Assembly: GCA_028534125.1 (NCBI GenBank) | Contig: CM052818.1 | Span: 5,644,001-5,708,000, forward strand | Direction: 5' to 3' | DNA from: Lama glama | Taxonomy: Eukaryota | DNA: 64,000 nucleotides | In this document: positions 36,801 through 50,250 of the stretch, piece by piece | How the letters are laid out: the number at the start of each line of letters is the position of its first letter | Numbering within the stretch: position 1 is the first letter of the stretch | Notes under the pieces: model-generated | What the model was told of the DNA's origin: nothing | The model's database searches: none | The model's input: the letters and a program-made list of their open reading frames with translations, nothing else | Made by a program: the position numbers and the translations under genes

Positions 36801-38394
36801 CGAAATGATACAAACTACATTTTAATGATTTCCCCCTTTTGTAAAGCTAAAATCTAAAAAGTCTTTTCACAACACCGAAGAGAGAGAAAGCACATGCTTT
36901 AAATAACAGACACCGCTGAGATCTCCTGGGTTCGTGTTAAAAGTTCCATCCAAAAAAAAAAAAAACCCAACTTGCAAACAAAATGCCCACCTTTTATGCA
37001 TCCAAAAAGAACTGGGATGTACAGTCTTTTGAGATCTCTTTCTACCCACTTTAGCTGTCGTGTTTATAACCTTAGCTGGGAAAATATTGTTTCGCTAGTT
37101 GATTGACATTTTGTAAGATCCCATGTAGATTTTTGCTGTTAATGAATTAAAATGCTGCTCAGACACCTGAGTGAAATTTACTTTCAAGAGTCAGAGAAGA
37201 TTTCAGGAAAAGAAATGTATCAGTATTTATCAATGTTCTCGTTTTATTTTGCTGTCACCTTAACAACTGCAGTTCTTTTGTGTAACAGAAGTGTAAAACA
37301 CGCTTTGCATCGCTGCGGATATAATTATTACTTGTCTCTAAGTAACAACAACAAAAAAAAGACTAGAACTTAATGAAGGGGGATTAAGTTAATTTCTTTT
37401 TTAGCTAACAGTTTCCTGTCTCTTAAAATGCAGACCTTGGTGATTCTAATGTTCAGGGAAGGAAAATTAAGCTTTTTAATTTCACTAAAATCCCCACTTT
37501 GGAATATTGATATTAAAATATTAAGATGATGTTTATTCTTTAAAAGTATGTAAATTTGGTATTAAATAAAGCCACAGAAATCCTTTCTGACTACTCCGTC
37601 CAAAGTCCGCAGATCCAGGGGGTTTGTGTGTTATCTACACATCATCCCTATTAATATTCATTAGGTGGGTCTGCTTGCATTTTTATAAGCTGTGAGAGAG
37701 GCAGAGAAACAACCAGAATTCTTTAACACACAGGCATTATCAATTCAACCTATGCCAACAACAGAGCACCCAGATCTGAAGTTGAGATTCAAATGTAATT
37801 TACCTTTACGTAGCTAATTTTCATGAAAACTCTTTTCCCTTTACCCACTGTAGTCTGAGCTATTTAATTATCTCCATTCTCTGTAACATACACTTCAATT
37901 TTTAATTTAAAAGCTTATTCAGCACTACATTTTATCTTGGTTAACTACAAAACTCTTATCTTGCAATCAAACTAAAGAGAATTTCCCTTTAAGAAAAAAA
38001 AAAACGAAAAACTTCAAATTGTCTTAGTAATGAGATTACCTTTATCTTTATGAACCTTCTTGAGCAAACCCTTTCTAACTCCCTAAAGCATTTATTGATG
38101 TGAATTCACTGTCTGTCTCCAGAGTGGATTATAGAAGAGGGAAGAGTCTTAAGTCAAAATTTGGGCCGATCCCCGGTATTTGTTTCCCAAATTATGCTTT
38201 CTCAGCTGTCCGACCTAGCTGGACAGGGAAAGGCTCGCAGGGCTGTGGATTTACTTCTGTGGCGTTCCCACAGATCTCACAGATGTTCATGGGATATCTT
38301 AGATGAGTGAGAGAAAGAGCAGGACCTGTCACCAATAAGATGACAAGATAAAGGTGCAGAAATAAAGGTATTCAATCACAGTTAACTTGGACTA

Positions 38395-39030
38395 TAAATT
38401 GGTGCAGCCACTATGGAAAACCGCATGGAGGTTCCTTACAAAACTACAACCAGAGCTACCATATGATCCAGACATCCCGCTCCTGGGTACATAGCAGGAA
38501 AAAACCAAGAACTCTAATTCAAAAAGATACAGGCACCCCAGTGTTCAAAGCAGCGCTATGTACAATTGCCAAGACACTGAAGCAACCCAAGTACCCATCA
38601 ACAGACGATTCGCTTAATATATATACTTCGGCTTAATATATATACATACAATGCACAATGAAATACCGCTCAGCCATAAAAAGAATGAAATTTGGCCATT
38701 TGCAGCAACATAGATGGACCTAGGAAGTATTATGCTTAGTGAAATAAGTCAGACAGAGAATGGCAAATACTATATATCACTTATGTATGGAATCTAAAAC
38801 ATAATACACATGAATCTATGTACCAAACAGAACCAAACTCACACTTACAGAAAACAAACCTATGGTTACCAAAGGTGGGGGGACAAATTAGGAGTAGGGG
38901 ATTGATTAACAGATACAAACTACTGTACATAAAATAGGTAAGCAACAAGGATTTACTGTACAGCACAGGGAATTATACCCACTACCTTGTAATAATCTAT
39001 AATGGAATCTAATCTGCAAAATAAAAGTAT
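38395..39030 (+). mobile_element. L1 fragment (end of ORF2 and 3'UTR)
   Basis: aattggtgcagccactatggaaaac...gagctaccatatgatccag...tttgcagcaacatagatggacctagg...atggttaccaaagg...aacaaggatttactgtacagcacaggga. Confidence 0.92.
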
Positions 39031-39909
39031 TTAACTTGAAGGCCAATTGGGGGCTTTTCTTGTTGTTGTTAAGGCTTTGAGTTTGGGTGATCTTTTATAT
39101 CTCTTTCATTCAAAGAGCTTTTAGTATATTCTACCGAAGTTGAGCCTAACAATTACTTGGCCAGGTTGGAAGGACAGAGAACACTGTCTTAATTCTATAG
39201 GAGAAAAAGCAAAACTCCGAGCTGACACATGGCAGGATATGTGGCTCTTAGGCCTGGAGCCCAGGCCTCCTACTTCTCAATCTGGTTCCTTTCTGGCTCT
39301 CCAGAAGCTCAAGGTGTATCGCTTAATGATGAAATAAAGAGCTGTAGCCACGTCTTTCAGAAAGCCGCGGTGAGCTGGTGGCCCCAGCCTGTTTTACTGT
39401 GTGAATGTGCACTGCTCTCTACACGAAGGGTGAAACCAAAAACTCAGACGAAAACCACGTAAAGCTGAACATCTTTCAAGTTGTCTGTCATCATTTCTAA
39501 GAAAACTTTCATAAGTAATCTAACTTCTATAAGTAATCTAAAGCGAAAAAGCCTTAATTAGTGGCATTTGGCCCTTCCTAAACAGGCTCTGGGAAAGAGC
39601 TATTCTCGCCGAATGACTGGGTAGTTGGTTTTCTTTGAAATAACTGGATACAGTTTTATTTAATGCAGGTCTTGCTTTGCCATGTCATGAGGCTGCTAAT
39701 AACATATACAAGGAACCTAACTGTGTCCCTTTCTAAGTCACCTCCTAGGAGCGCTTAGGTCTACGTGGAGAGTCTTCAAATTGTGCAGGCCAGGGGAGTG
39801 GGTCATTAAGTCCATTTCTGCTTCAGTGATGCGGTGACACATCGACAAATGGCAAATCTAAAGGAAACCATTTTAAGAGTTACTGGTTTCAAGAGGTACA
39901 GGCCGGTGT

Positions 39910-40125
39910 CCTGACTAGGTTGGAGACCTGAAGCTCACGTCCCGGAACCCAGACTGACTGTCTGACCTTGATCAAAGCCCTTCAGTGTTCGGAGCCTCAC
40001 TTTCCGTCAGTGGCAGTGAGGATGGCAAAACGGGGGCGGGGGGGGAGCCACGCAAGACAACACACATCACATTGCTTGGCGGAGTGTCTGGCCTGGAGGT
40101 AGAGCTTAGTAAATAGTGGCTGAAT
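39910..40125 (+). mobile_element. MIR SINE (degraded)
   Basis: tgaccttgatcaaagcccttcagtgttcggagcctcactttccgtcag. Confidence 0.55.
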
Positions 40126-40324
40126 CCGAGATGACTCACAAGGTTGGGCCAATCTAAGTTAACATACTATATACATTTTCCCCCCTCAATTTGTAGGGAA
40201 GATCTGACTAAGTAATTCTTATATTTTTTTTTCTAGTGTTTAAATTAGGTTTCAGTGTTTTCTTGCAATTAACTCCCTTTATATGGACAATCACTTCCAG
40301 GATATCTAAAGACAAGGTCACCTT

Positions 40325-40460
40325 CAAAGGCAGTCACACAGGGCACCCCACACAGAAGGGCCCCACATCTGGTTTCATTGGCTGATGTTGCCATCTTGAA
40401 ATTCTTCATAATTTTTTTTTAGAAGCCCTGCATTTTCCACCTACACAGTTATGTGGCGCC
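40325..40460. mobile_element. MER91-like hAT DNA transposon fragment
   Basis: gcagtcacacagggcaccccacacagaagggccccacatctggttt...gccatcttgaaattctt...gccctgcatttt. Confidence 0.6.
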
Positions 40461-42145
40461 CATATGCATTCTCCACAAATCAGAGAGCTGGCCCCGCCAA
40501 GGGCAAAGGAAGGTTACGTTTTCCCTAGCAGATGTTTTATACTCAGCTACGACCCCACCCACCATCTTGAATTTATCTGAGCTTCCCAGAAGTAGATAAA
40601 TAATTACTATGTTCGGACTAAAAGAGTGTAAAAGAGACAACACTAAAAAAGCAAGATGTGGGAGGCGAGACTGACAGAGTAGACGTGCTCAGAGCTCAGA
40701 CAGATGAGGAAGGACACTTAAATGAGCCTCTGGTGGCCTGCAAGGGTTCACACACTCCTGTAAGTGCCTAAATCACCCTCGGGGATAGACCAAGGCCCCG
40801 AGAAAATACTCCATATTTTAAAGTCTATGGGGGAAAAAAATCAATAATTCGGAACCGTCAAGGTGTGAGGCTCATCCTGATTCCTGAGACTTGAGGATGT
40901 GGAAAGCCTTTGTCTTTTGGTGGCTGGGACTCAGAAGTGGCAGCTCACCCACCTTCCTTGGCAGGGCAGGGGCGCCACATTTGGCAGAAAAGTGTGCTCT
41001 CGAGAAAAGGGAGCAGAGAATCTTTTGGCCTGGGAGCCAGCTTGGATAGACCAAGAGTGAGAACTCGCCCTTACATGCCAACCAAATGCCACTGTAATTA
41101 AAAACAAACCTTTGGAAATAAAGTCTCTGGAAAGTATTTCAATTCCAACACATTCACATTCTGAGCTCATCGATAATTAATTAATTCATTTGGTCACAGG
41201 ATTTTGGAGGGCAGAATGCTGCCATTTTTTTTCTAATCCTTCTTAAACAGAATTCTATTTTTCATCTAAGGAGGTCCAAATAAATATATAAATAAGCAAA
41301 CTAAAGAGAAAAATGTATCTAATAAGGCATGAAGTTTCAGAAACCTCTAGCGTATTGGGACCTGCACTTTATGGCAAACCTTCTAAAATGGCAGCCCTGA
41401 TTTTTAAAAATGCAAAATTCTATCATTTTGATGATGCCACATGATGAACTCAACTATTATATGCATCTATTTTGTTTAATGGCTTCATTTATTTTAATAA
41501 CAAAGGGAAACTAGATTTTACAGATGAAAGCTTTTTTTTCATGGCTCCAGTGCAGCTGGGATTTAAAAAATCTGTGATGTTAACCAGTATGTGATAATGG
41601 CTGCTCTCAGGAGCCCTATTTTATACCATTTCGTGCAGTGAAAACCTACACAGAGTAGCCACCACCAGACACCACCCCCAGAGTACCCCGATTTTAAGAG
41701 GGCACAATGGGGGTGAGTGCCAGAGGTCTTGCGATTAGCTCCATGTTTCTTTTCTCTGAATGGTTACAAGGGCAGTAAGGTGTCCACTGTGGAATGACTG
41801 GAGCAATGGGATTAACTCACTACAGATCTATCCTAAGTGAGGCGGGAAAGGGCTGTTCATGTGATTTCAGGGATGAGAAAATAATTGCATAAACCTCTTT
41901 CCTTCTGTTCAGAAATTTGCCCACAGGGTTTGAGATTTTGTTGAGAATCAGAAAAATAAATCACAGTCAGTAACTTCAGTTTAATTCTTGTCTGATTTCT
42001 TCATTAGACTGAAGATCTACGGTGAATCAGGAAACCAGGAAGTCATGGAAATCAATTCCCATGGGAACAAAAGACACGCCATCTCAGAGCGTCCCCGCCA
42101 GCCACTAAACCTTGCCCATTTATTCAGAACGTCTAGCTAGTTTCA

Positions 42146-42190
42146 GGAAAGGAAGGAAGGAAGGAGGGAAAGCAGGAAGGAAGGAAGGAG
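42146..42190. repeat. (GGAA)n imperfect repeat
   Basis: ggaaaggaaggaaggaaggagggaaagcaggaaggaaggaaggag. Confidence 0.85.
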
Positions 42191-42306
42191 ACATTTGGCC
42201 CACTAAAAATTCTGATGAGATGACACTAACTGAAGGTTTGAAGTGATGTTTTCCACTAAGAGCCATACCTGGAAACTCTAGAACACAACAGATGCAACCT
42301 GCCAGC

Positions 42307-42354
<48 letters not shown>
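42307..42354. repeat. (CA)n microsatellite
   Basis: Long acacac run. Confidence 0.97.
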
Positions 42355-42777
42355 AGATATGGAATGATTTTACAGACACTCTTGGCCCAAGATGGCAGCT
42401 GGTGATTAATGGTTGCGTCATCCTTGGCCCTGCTGCAGTCAGGCCTGGGGTCTGATCCTGACACACAGAGGCTTCGTCCGCAGCCAATCAGCAAATGTAA
42501 GCACAGAGGCCCTGTCAGGTTGACATATCATTCCTTCGACAATGTCAGCAAGTATTAATGTTCAATTATCTGTCCTAGAAATGACCCATGCCTTTCTGCA
42601 TTGTGTAACTGTGCACATGGTGCTCTGGTAACCCCAGAGACGAGGGCAGAAATGCCCGCAGTAAACCAGCTACTGGGAGCTGGCTTTCCAACATTGTCAT
42701 GACATTGCCTTGCAGTACTGAATAGTGGACTTATTTTTCCTTCTTTTTCTAAAACATGTTTGAACGACCAATGAGCT

Positions 42778-42836
42778 ATCCATCCATCCTCCCACCCATC
42801 CACCCACCCTTCCATCCATCCATCCATCTATCCATC
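42778..42836. repeat. (TCCA)n imperfect repeat
   Basis: atccatccatcc...ccatccatccatccatctatccatc. Confidence 0.9.
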
Positions 42837-44774
42837 TTCCTTTTAGTATGTCTGACTGCCAAGAGTCCTTTCCATTTAAACAGCAACACTCCACATGAGT
42901 CATCCGTGGCTAGCCAATCATTCTGAGCCAACTGCTCCTTATATGTGACAATGAGCCATTCATTATATGTGGGGTGCCTTTCTACTTCACGAAGCCAGGT
43001 GTATATCATTTACCATCAATCCACAATGACAATAGCAGACTCTTCTGGAGCGGTGTCAAGATCACTTCAGCTTCAACTCGGGAACCTCAAGGGATCTGTT
43101 CAAGCCAGCCCCCACCCCTCCCACTATTAAAAACGAGGTCTCTGGCAGAGGAACGATTTAACAAGCACACCTGAGATCGTTTTACTTGTTCACCTTTACA
43201 GTTGCTCAAGTATTTTAAAAATACCGTGATTTGTTGTCGTCAAATTAAAAATCCCCCTTTTCTCATATCAAGGTAAGAAAAAAATTTTATCTTAGCAGAC
43301 AGCTGCATTTGCATGGCTTTTGTTGAACTCACGTTCAAAGGTTATCAATAACAAGTTTGCAAACTTCTCATTCAACCAGCCCGGAGAGATAATGTACAGT
43401 AATTGCATGATAACTTCCTCCAAAACTGAGATAAAACCTTTAATGCAATCTCAAGTTCACCAACCTATACATGGCAGTAAGAACTTAAGTAGTTCGGACT
43501 GCAGCCCAACGGATTTTCCCCACGATACTAATTTTTAAGGAATAGAAAAATACAATTATTTTTCCTGTGGAAAACCACTACAAATTTATTATTTTGCCCT
43601 GATTTTCACACATGAAAAGCAGGTTGATTACGAAATGTACCTGTTAAAAGTCTAGCCAGTAATTGGTCACAGTGTCTAGTGCTATTTCTACATGTGTCCT
43701 CAACTGTACTGTGAAGTTCTTTTTTTTTTTCTTTTTCTTTTCCTCTTTTTTTTTTTTGTCTGTCTACTGTGTTCCCAATGGCAATTTTTTGTCCCCAGAT
43801 GACTTCCATTCTCCTCCAGCTCCCAAGACTACTCCTTGGACACTTAGCGGGTGTTTTGCCTCCTGTTCTGCTAAGAGGTCTGGGAGGAGGCTAGCACTCA
43901 AGAACCCCGTCTTGTCTACTTCTCAGTCTCTATGCCTTCATCTTCCTCTCCTGGTTCTCACTTACAGCCAAGCCCTGGCTGTGAGATGCCATCCCAGCAC
44001 TCTCCACACTCAACCCCTCCACTGTCCACGGGTGCTTGATCCTGGCTCCATTCATCAGCCCTTTCTTGCGTTTCTCTTCAAAGGTTCCTTCTCAACTGCC
44101 TGAGTCAATGATCAGGCTGTGCATTAACAAATAGTAGCTCTTGATTCTACATGTAAACATGCAAATCTTCCTTCTCCTAAGTATTAAAAAAGAAAAGAGA
44201 AACTTTTCCTTCTTTTCGCCACTTCCTCAAGCTCCTGCCCAAATTGTGGCTCTTGGTATATTTCCTCGAGCAATTGCAAAAGGGTCTACCTCTGCTGCCT
44301 TTACAGCAGTGTCAGCTGTATGCCCCAGAATACAACTTCTTTCTCCTCCAGAGGACTGAAACAGATCTTTCCAAGGTCACTGAGGATCTCTGGATCTCTA
44401 TACCAGGACCTTTTCCAGTCTTTTTACTTCTATGAAAGTCTCAGGGTCTGGTCACCTCTGTCCTGAAACTTTGCTCATTCATTTGGTCAATGAATATCAT
44501 CAAGCATCGATATCATGGTTCTGAAAAGCTAGAGATGAAAGCTTGTCACCTTATTTAGGAGCTAGGCAGCTCATAAATAAACAGTCACCATGATAAGGAC
44601 TCTCATCAGATGGCCATCAAGGTACTATGGGTCTGGAGCGACGGGCCATTTCCTCTCTCCTGGGGAACAACTTCCCCAAGCGGTGACAGATGAGATGTCA
44701 AGGATGCAGAAAAAAGCGTGAAGTGGAGAAGGGGTCATGGAGGTTCCAGGAGAGGGAACAGCAGGTGCAGGGGA

Positions 44775-44965
44775 GTGGTTATGAACACAGGCATCAGAGT
44801 CAGATGGGCTTGGGTTCAAATTCAGTCCCTGCTTCTTACTGTGTGACCTCGGGCAAGTTTAATCTCTCCGCATCTTGGTTTTCTTCATGGTAAAATAGAC
44901 TAGCAGGACCTCCCTGAGAGAGTCCTGGTGGGAATTCAGTGAGACAGCGCATGACAGTACTCAGC
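44775..44965 (+). mobile_element. MIR SINE
   Basis: gagtcagatgggcttgggttcaaattcagtccctgcttcttactgtgtgacctcgggcaagtttaatctctc. Confidence 0.8.
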
Positions 44966-47669
44966 AATGGTCTCCCAAGGTGGGGGCGGAGTGGGGGCAT
45001 CCTGCCCCCGCTGGAGGAACATTTTTGGCCCTGACACTATTTAGAATTGCCAGTGCATGGTGATCCTTATAAACAGACTGACGGCATTTTATCATTATTT
45101 GGAAACACCGCACACACACTGCATGGGGGACACACCCAGGTGCATCACGGGCCCTCAGCGCAGTGTATGGGGGACACATGTGCCTGCTACAAATGTTCCT
45201 ATGTACGAGGTGCCAGCTTTACCTCCACCGTGTCTCCCACCCATCCATTTCTTTCTGCTCTTACAACCACAGCTCTCTCACCTGAATTGTCTCCTGTCTT
45301 TCTCACCCCGGTTTGTTCTGCAAACAGCACCACTGACTACATTCAAGCCTTTTAGAAAAGAGCACAGAAAGCTCTGAGATGTGCTTCGTGCCTTGCGCAC
45401 AGGAGACACTTCAAATGCACCTGAACTCACTTGGAAAAAACCTTAATGCCCCAATTTATATTGTTATTCCAAGAGAAGCGTAGATGCAGCCTAAAGTTTC
45501 GCCATCGCTTGTGGTGGGGAAATAATCACAAGCACGTTGGAAAGTTGCTTTTTCCTGCTATGTAGTGGAGTGAGGTCATCCCGTCATGGAAAACATTCCA
45601 GCCACCTCTGCACAAACCAACCAGCTTTAGGTATCCTTAGATAAGAGCCCAGCATTCATCCTGCTGCAGGTAGTCTCCCCTCCCTGGACCCCTCCTACAC
45701 CCACTTGCTGCAGTGCAGGGGTCAGGGCCACGGACAGCTTGAGGGACAGCATGGCCCCCAAGCAGGGAACCCACGGCTCTCAGATGGTGCCACAGAGCCT
45801 GCGGGTCACTCTTGAGTAAGTGTAGCAAAGGCATGGCTCTGATGCCGTCATGTGGACTTCTGCCTCCACTCTCACCAGGTCTAGTCTCTGTGTATGCCAG
45901 AGACGGTTTCAAGAGCAAAAACAAACCATAATTTTAAGTCTCAAGGTCTGAAAGTAGTGAGATCCAGCAGGTTGAAAATCAAGGCTCTGAATGTTTTTTT
46001 CCCCAGTCTCTTTTTATTATACACCAAGTTCTGTGGTAGGTCTTCAGACTTTCCTAGCCCACTTCCTTCTGTAAACTGTCCCAACTGTAAAATGGGGGTG
46101 CAATGACTCCTTGTTGGATCACATGCAGACTAAGTACTTAATAATTACTAATCTCTTAAAATCAAATGGGACACTTGCTTATAGCTGGATTTTTCAAAAT
46201 TCCAACAGTCACTGTTTCATGCATGCATATTTGGACTTTTTTCCCTGGAAATTCACCCCACCGTTTATTCAGTCACTCTCTTGAGCACTGAAATGATGAA
46301 TGTTGCTGGGTGCTCACGGTTTCTGGGCCACTGCGAACACTTTCAGGGAGTGAGTCCAGGGTGCCTGCCGTCTTGGTAACTGATGGTGTTTCTACTTGCA
46401 GGTGTGGGCCCGCGACACACAGGGCTCACCGGGAGAAGTGAATGAATAGACTTGACTGCATCTCTCACCCACCACTCCTGATACACGTAAACTCCTGACT
46501 GCCAAGTGTACTTCAATGTCATCAAAGGGGGATGGCAATATATATTTCTGACCACGGTTCAAGTGGTGCCTTTACTTTATTTTCACATTAGTAAATGAAA
46601 GCACTTGGTTTGTCGCTACAATCTTTGGGAAAATCTGGTCTTCCCTAAATTCGCAAGGAATTAGAAATGCTGGCCCCCAAACAAAGGCTGGTCCACGAGG
46701 CCCTCAAGTGTATGCCTCGCTTTCCTAATTTTGATTTCTAGGGCCCGTGGCTCCCATAGGAGGGAGCACGCAGGGGCACACACATACTGTATTTCAAATG
46801 GAGATTTTATGTAAGCTTATTTTTATAGTGATTCCGGAGTAGCTGCTCTGCTTTTTATCTATGCAAACTGGAAATAAAGTAGGCACCCTGCCAGCTCTCT
46901 GACAGCAGGCCAGGCCCGGGCTGCCATGGGTGACTCGCACAATGACATCTGAGGGGTCCAGAAAAGAACCCTGACTAATGGCTTTTGGATTCCTCATGAC
47001 CTTTGATCCTCAGTGACTTAGACCAAAATAAATGACCTAATTTCAAGGAACTACATCCAGCAATGTGAACTCTAATGAGTGAGTGAATTTACCCGCTAAG
47101 CAGTGATGAATAGGTATGTGCTATTTATAATAATTCCTTAGATCTCAGCCCAACTAGAGAGAGAATGCTTTTCAGATACTCACTTTTTAAAACAAATGCA
47201 TCCTCCAGGATGCTGTGAAATTTGTGAGTGCCCATGGCAGACAGAAGACACCAGGCAGCGGAAACACAAAAGGATTTCCTGGAGCAGACTGAAGTTGGCA
47301 AGTGGTGCTAGGGACAAAAGCATTTCTCCCTCAGATCTATGTATTGCTTCGGTACTGAGTGAGTCTGTGACTTCCGTACTGACAGAGGCTCCCCGATCCT
47401 GGGGGCCGGAGTGGGAACTTGGGACTAGTACAAACACTGCACACGCTGCCCTGTCCCCATGATAACTTCCACTGCTGTGTACTGAGCACTGAAGCTAGAC
47501 GGCGGTGAAGGGCAAGACTCTGTCTCACTCCACCTTCAGAACTACCTTTCACCCATCCGAGCCCAAGTGCACCATCAGTAAGTTCCACAAAGAAAAAGTC
47601 TAGAGTTGTTGATCTATCAGAAGCTCTCTGGGTATTTGAGAGACCCAATGAAAACTCTTTGATGTTCAT

Positions 47670-47880
47670 TTAGGGCAGTGAAACTACCCTAAATGATAGT
47701 ATCATGTTGGATACGTGCCATTTATTTAGCCAAACCCATAGGCTGTCCAACACTGAGAGTGAACCCTAATGTCAACATGGACTTTGGGCAATAACCATGT
47801 GTCTGTGTAGGAAACCATCCCTTCCCCTCAGTTTAGCCATGAATCTAAAGCAGCTCTAAAGCATAAAATCTATCTTTTAA
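47670..47880 (+). mobile_element. L1MC-like 3' fragment
   Basis: tagggcagtgaaactac...ccaaacccatag...gagtgaaccctaatgtcaacatggactttggg. Confidence 0.75.
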
Positions 47881-48099
47881 AACCTCTCTGATACTTAAAA
47901 GAAAGGTCTCATACACTGAAAAGGAAAGGCAAGTTGGTGGAGGCAAAACAGAACACCTTCGGTCCAATAGACGTGATAAAAATAATGCGTTAAGTTTCAA
48001 AATCAGAGGGGAAAAAAATCAAAGTATCAAAAATCAAAGACAGAGAAAAACAATCATCTCTCCATTTAAAATCTGTCATCTTGCTTGTGCCCCTTAAAT

Positions 48100-48255
48100 C
48101 TGGCGATGCAAAGTGTGGTCTGCGGGCCACCCGCACCAGCGTCACCGGGGGGATGGCTCAAAATGCAGACTCTCAGGCCCCACCTCTCTGGGGATCTCCA
48201 TCGAAATGAAGATTCCCAGAGTACGTGAATGCTCACAAAATTTAAGATGCGTGGC
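48100..48255. mobile_element. MER5A-like hAT DNA transposon
   Basis: caaagtgtggtc...cagcgtcacc...aaatgcagactctcaggccccacc...aaatttaaga. Confidence 0.65.
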
Positions 48256-49779
48256 TTTGAAGAAGCAAAGGAATCTTAAATTCTGCAGTAATTTTCACTT
48301 CCAAATTTTTTAGATGGGACTTTCATTTTTTCTGAAGTTACGCTTTACACCTTGGTGAAACCCCCCAAATGTGTACACTGCTAAATCTCTTGATACAGCT
48401 TCCCAGGAATGTGATGAATATTCATGTTACATTGTATGACAATTAACATCAGGAAAACAGCTTCTATTTGGAACCTAAATAATCTTTCTGCTTCTCTCCA
48501 TCATACCAACCTAGTAATGTTTCCAAGGATTTGGTTTACCACAATATCACCTCTACATACTGATTTTTGAAACCCAGGGGGACCCATGTCTGCTTTGTCG
48601 TGGGCAAAGAAGGAAGTTGGGGAATGAGTCTCTCAGTTAACTCAGCCTAAGAAAGTAAACAGGACACATCAAGCCAACCCAACTGTCTTTCTCTATAACA
48701 AAAGGCACCTTCTCCCCAAATTACCAGCATAGTGAGTTCAACCCGCCATTTTACTTTGGTTTGCAAGCCAGCTTTGGTCCCTGAAGCCAGTACTTAAGTA
48801 CATTTTGAGAACTTGGCTTCTTTTCTTGTCTCCCTGGCTCCGGTAGTCAACCATCCAACACGGTGAGCGTAGATACATCATTTCTCTGGAAATTGGTGAT
48901 GGGAACAACAGATGGGGAAATGAACGCTCTGTGGAGCTACCAAAAGGATGGCCTTCTCATTCTCATTAGGGGTGAATACCTACCACTTGGAACATCAGGA
49001 CAGCCCTAACATTCCACACGCGATGACAGTCAAGCTCGGTGACATGTTATCCATGTTGGTACCAATGTAACATACAGCATCTGGAGCCCTGGAGAATAAC
49101 TGAATGCTAATGCCACGTTTGAATGGAATTTTACAGATCTTTCCAAAGCCTCTGAGCATCTACTCCTTAACTAATTCTAACTTGGTTTCCACGTAGAGTG
49201 TATTCACTTCACGATACACGGAAACTCAAGATACATCATCCTTACCTTCCAACTACAGCCGTATGAAGATGTTTCTGCGTGGGAACATTCAAAACTGATT
49301 TATGGTGCCGTTGCAACAACTAAGCAACTAATCTTCCAGTATAAATGCATCACATAAGAACAACCTCACCGAAACAGATAAATTCCATATCTACTTAAAA
49401 ATATTATTGTCTGTAATGTAATACACCAGCATGTCTCAAAGCCTCTAACCTTGCATGCAGAAGCAGTTTTTCAGGCATTAATACTTAAATGGGTCATAGA
49501 CACCACATCTGTCATTCTGTCCTGAAGTCTATGAGGCAAAACCAAGACTATGCTGGCCTATTGATTTTTCTAGCATTTGCTTTAATTTACTTAACCATTG
49601 AGAAATCCATCAGTACATAAAGGGCAACTGTCCATTACCGCCTCATTTGCAGACATTCCTTCCCCTCGTTTTTTGGTAAATATTTCCCTTAAATTGCTAT
49701 GTGTTTACAGTGTAAAACCGAATTAGGAAAGTGCTCACACCTGTTTCTGTTCAGTAACGGCTGCACCGAGGTATATGTA

Positions 49780-50250
49780 ACGTGCTTAAAGATAGAATAA
49801 ATATCTAGACATTATTACATCTGTGTGCAAAGGGTGGTAAATTAAATCCTAATTACATTAACAGGGATTCTGCCTCCCAGCTTAAATTTTACATGAGCAC
49901 TTTGCAAAAACCCAAAAGCTCTGCTGTGGTTTCTTTATGAGCTGGTGATTACAGCTACTTCCTATGCGGTCACTAAATATTCTGTTTACAAATAAATGAA
50001 GAAGCTTTGAGCCAACTTGCCAGGGTAATAATCTATTTTTCCCCTCCCCCTCCCTCTTCCCAGCAAACCCTTGCCACATATGCACAGCAACAATCAGGAG
50101 CCCTGGCTTCATCTAATTACTCCATCACATAATTTCACAAATTGCCTTGTCACTGGGGAGCCAAGTGCAAAACACGCTCACAGTGGGATTTCAGGCAGCA
50201 GCTTTCATTTACTACTCATTCCTTGTTAAATTAAACACGAAAACACCAGT
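49780..50250. promoter_or_regulatory. Candidate intron 8 enhancer block
   Basis: TAATTA twice, RUNX TGTGGTT, ETS ACTTCCT, FOX TGTTTAC, SOX AACAAT and HOX-like TTTATGA in unique sequence. Confidence 0.4.

Noticed and set aside
40722..40740. CTCF-like motif ggccaccagaggctc (minus strand)
   Set aside because: The 3' half deviates from the consensus; cannot be supported without PWM scoring or ChIP.
42120..43009. ORFs with VCVC and MDGW repeats
   Set aside because: Translations of the (CA)n and (TCCA)n microsatellites.
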